Part shown: in pieces, positions 61,979 to 64,000 of the stretch
Layout of the letters: each line of letters starts with the position of its first letter
Position numbering within the stretch: the stretch's first letter is position 1
The notes under the pieces: generated by a model
Databases searched by the model: none
What the model was told of the DNA's origin: nothing
What the model saw: only the letters and a program-made list of their open reading frames with translations
From: Eledone cirrhosa
Lineage: Eukaryota
Length of the DNA: 64,000 nucleotides
Assembly (NCBI GenBank): GCA_964016885.1
Contig: OZ024743.1
Coordinates: 218,240,001-218,304,000, forward strand
Direction of reading: 5' to 3'
Made by a program: the position numbers and the translations under genes

Positions 61979-62904
61979 TAAATGCGAGGAAATAATTGAC
62001 ACCAGTTTCGCCAACTGGATTGCAGCAATCGTGCACAGAAAAGTGCACCTTCGCTGTGAGCCTGGGGGCTTATCAAAAGACCCCTCAATTTAGTGGTCTA
62101 TATTTTGACCCGAACGTTACAAATGAATAAGTCTTGGGGGCGGGGAGAAATAATACTGTGATACAGCGGTCACAGAAGGGAGGCAAAAGGTAGATGTTTA
62201 GTGAGTACCATATTTGCTAGAAAAAGCAGTCAGCAGAATGCCCAGCGTTTCCCAGGTTGAAACCTAGCAATAAATGGGCTAGAATCTAAACTATAATAAA
62301 GGGAGGAGCGCGGGACAGCGTCCAGAATATATTTTGTTATCCCGTTTGTAAAATAAGTTGGATTACTTTGAATAAATAATGAATGAATATTACATAATTT
62401 ATCTACTAAATTTCGTTATTCTTGATTAAATATAAATAATTTTGTCGCTTATTTTAAGATTCACTTCTTTAAAATTTTCAAATATCAACACTTCCGGTTA
62501 GCGATGGCTTAAATAAACAGTCATATATTTCCGTCAATGGATTACGTTACTGATTACATAAGACAGTGTAACACAGTCTTCGTTCAATTTCTGTGTATAT
62601 TGTCAATTACGATTTTAGTTGACGTATCATATCTACATGTATATATACTTGCGTATAATATCAATATGCTCACTACACATGCTAGCAGACAACCACTCGA
62701 AGGGTGGTTTTTCTGCTAGTTGTTCTTAATAAAGGCATATTTGATATACCATTACTCGATTTCTCTTGAAAAGTTAGCTGTCGTGTAAGAATTATAGGGT
62801 CTTTTTCTGAAATGTGTATAACATTCCAATATCTAATGCAGTATGCTACAGAGACGCGCTCAATATGAAAAATATCCTATATAATAGTGCTGTGTTTGTT
62901 CCAT

Positions 62905-63066
62905 TACTCTTTACGTTCTGAGTTCAAATCTTGTTGAGGTTAGCTTCGCCTTTCATCCTTACGGGGTTCAATAAAATAAAGAACCAGTAACGCACTGGGG
63001 AAGATTTAATCGACATTCTCCTCCCGCAAAATTGTTGGCCCTGTGACTAAATCACAAACTATTATT
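62905..63066 (+). mobile_element. tRNA-derived SINE, same family, diverged
   Basis: gttctgagttcaaatc...gcctttcatccttacgggg...aataaaataaag. Confidence 0.7.
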
Positions 63067-64000
63067 GATAGTTATCTCGTTAATAATAAAAGAAAAGGAA
63101 ATCTAAATTACACTGAGGAAATGTAACTTTAAATAGAAATGTAATTTCGAGGGAAAAGAAAGACAAAAATATAAGCTCTGGAAGATTTTCGAATATGGAT
63201 ACTATGTGTTTAATTCGTGTTACAGACAATATCAATATATAACGTAAATGTACAAATTAGCAGAAAGAACAGCAGATGGATAGTGCATGAGAGAAAGAGA
63301 GGTGTAAGTGAAAGGAAAAATAAACAAAATGAAAGAGAGAGCGATGAAGATTGGAAATAAGATGTAATAGTATAAAACAAAGTGTGTCAATAAGAGAAGT
63401 TAAAATGACGCTAGTATACGAGAGTAACCACGGCAGCTTGAACAATGCTATTCTAAGACGACAGTTCCCATTTTCGTGGCATTATTGATGTGGTCAATAT
63501 AATAGTTTCCAGTCGACTGTTCCTACATACCAACATTTCTAGCATTGTGCCTATTAAAAAATAATACAAACACAATATTAAGAGAAAAAGAAATAAACGT
63601 ACAAATTGACAATTAAGGTAAAATTGAAAGAATAAGAAATAGAGTCGGGGAGAAACAAAACGAGAAAGAAATTAGGGACAAAGAATGACAGGTAGAGAAA
63701 GATGCAGGCAAATAGAAGAGATAGCAATGATATGCATGAGAAAGACAAGTATGGAGAAAAGTGGAGGAGTAGGCTTAGCTACTGAGAAAGGAAAGAGGGG
63801 TATATGAGAAAGATGCGATGATGAGTAGGAAAAGATGCTTAAAGCATTATGGGAGATATGATGTGATATACACACTGACATTTAGAAATTTTTTTTTTCT
63901 TTTTTTAAATGACATTCGAAAACTTGCCAATATGGAACTCGAAAACACGACATTCGCTTTATTTAAATAATGTTCTAACCAACTAAAACCAACCCGCCTG

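Overview
AT-rich animal genomic DNA with no recognisable host protein-coding exon. The SINE families and the TA/CA/TACA microsatellite load suggest a cephalopod such as Octopus (inference). Most ORF-track entries are microsatellite or satellite artefacts. Autonomous-type retroelements: (i) a Tx1-clade (L1 group) LINE present as one long + copy in (TATC)n and four 5'-truncated - copies stacked in a (TAGG)n tract; (ii) a near-complete CR1/L2-type LINE whose ORF1 has two CCCH fingers and overlaps an ATG-less ORF2 at an in-phase UUUUUUA heptamer, plus an older fragment of the same family; (iii) a CRE-clade RT fragment embedded in a 64-bp tandem array; (iv) a Penelope-like GIY-YIG 3' fragment with a ~0.87-kb inverted arm. 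There are also RTE, Vingi-like and R4/Dong-like remnants, tRNA-derived SINEs, hAT and Tc1/mariner MITEs, and a 7-kb 36-bp satellite. The least obvious signal is a set of small non-coding elements sitting in (TA)n tracts that carry type I hammerhead ribozyme motifs. One is a retrozyme-like unit (58407-59453) with two hammerheads 704 nt apart, each with a greatly extended stem II. All calls were made by eye, without database searches.
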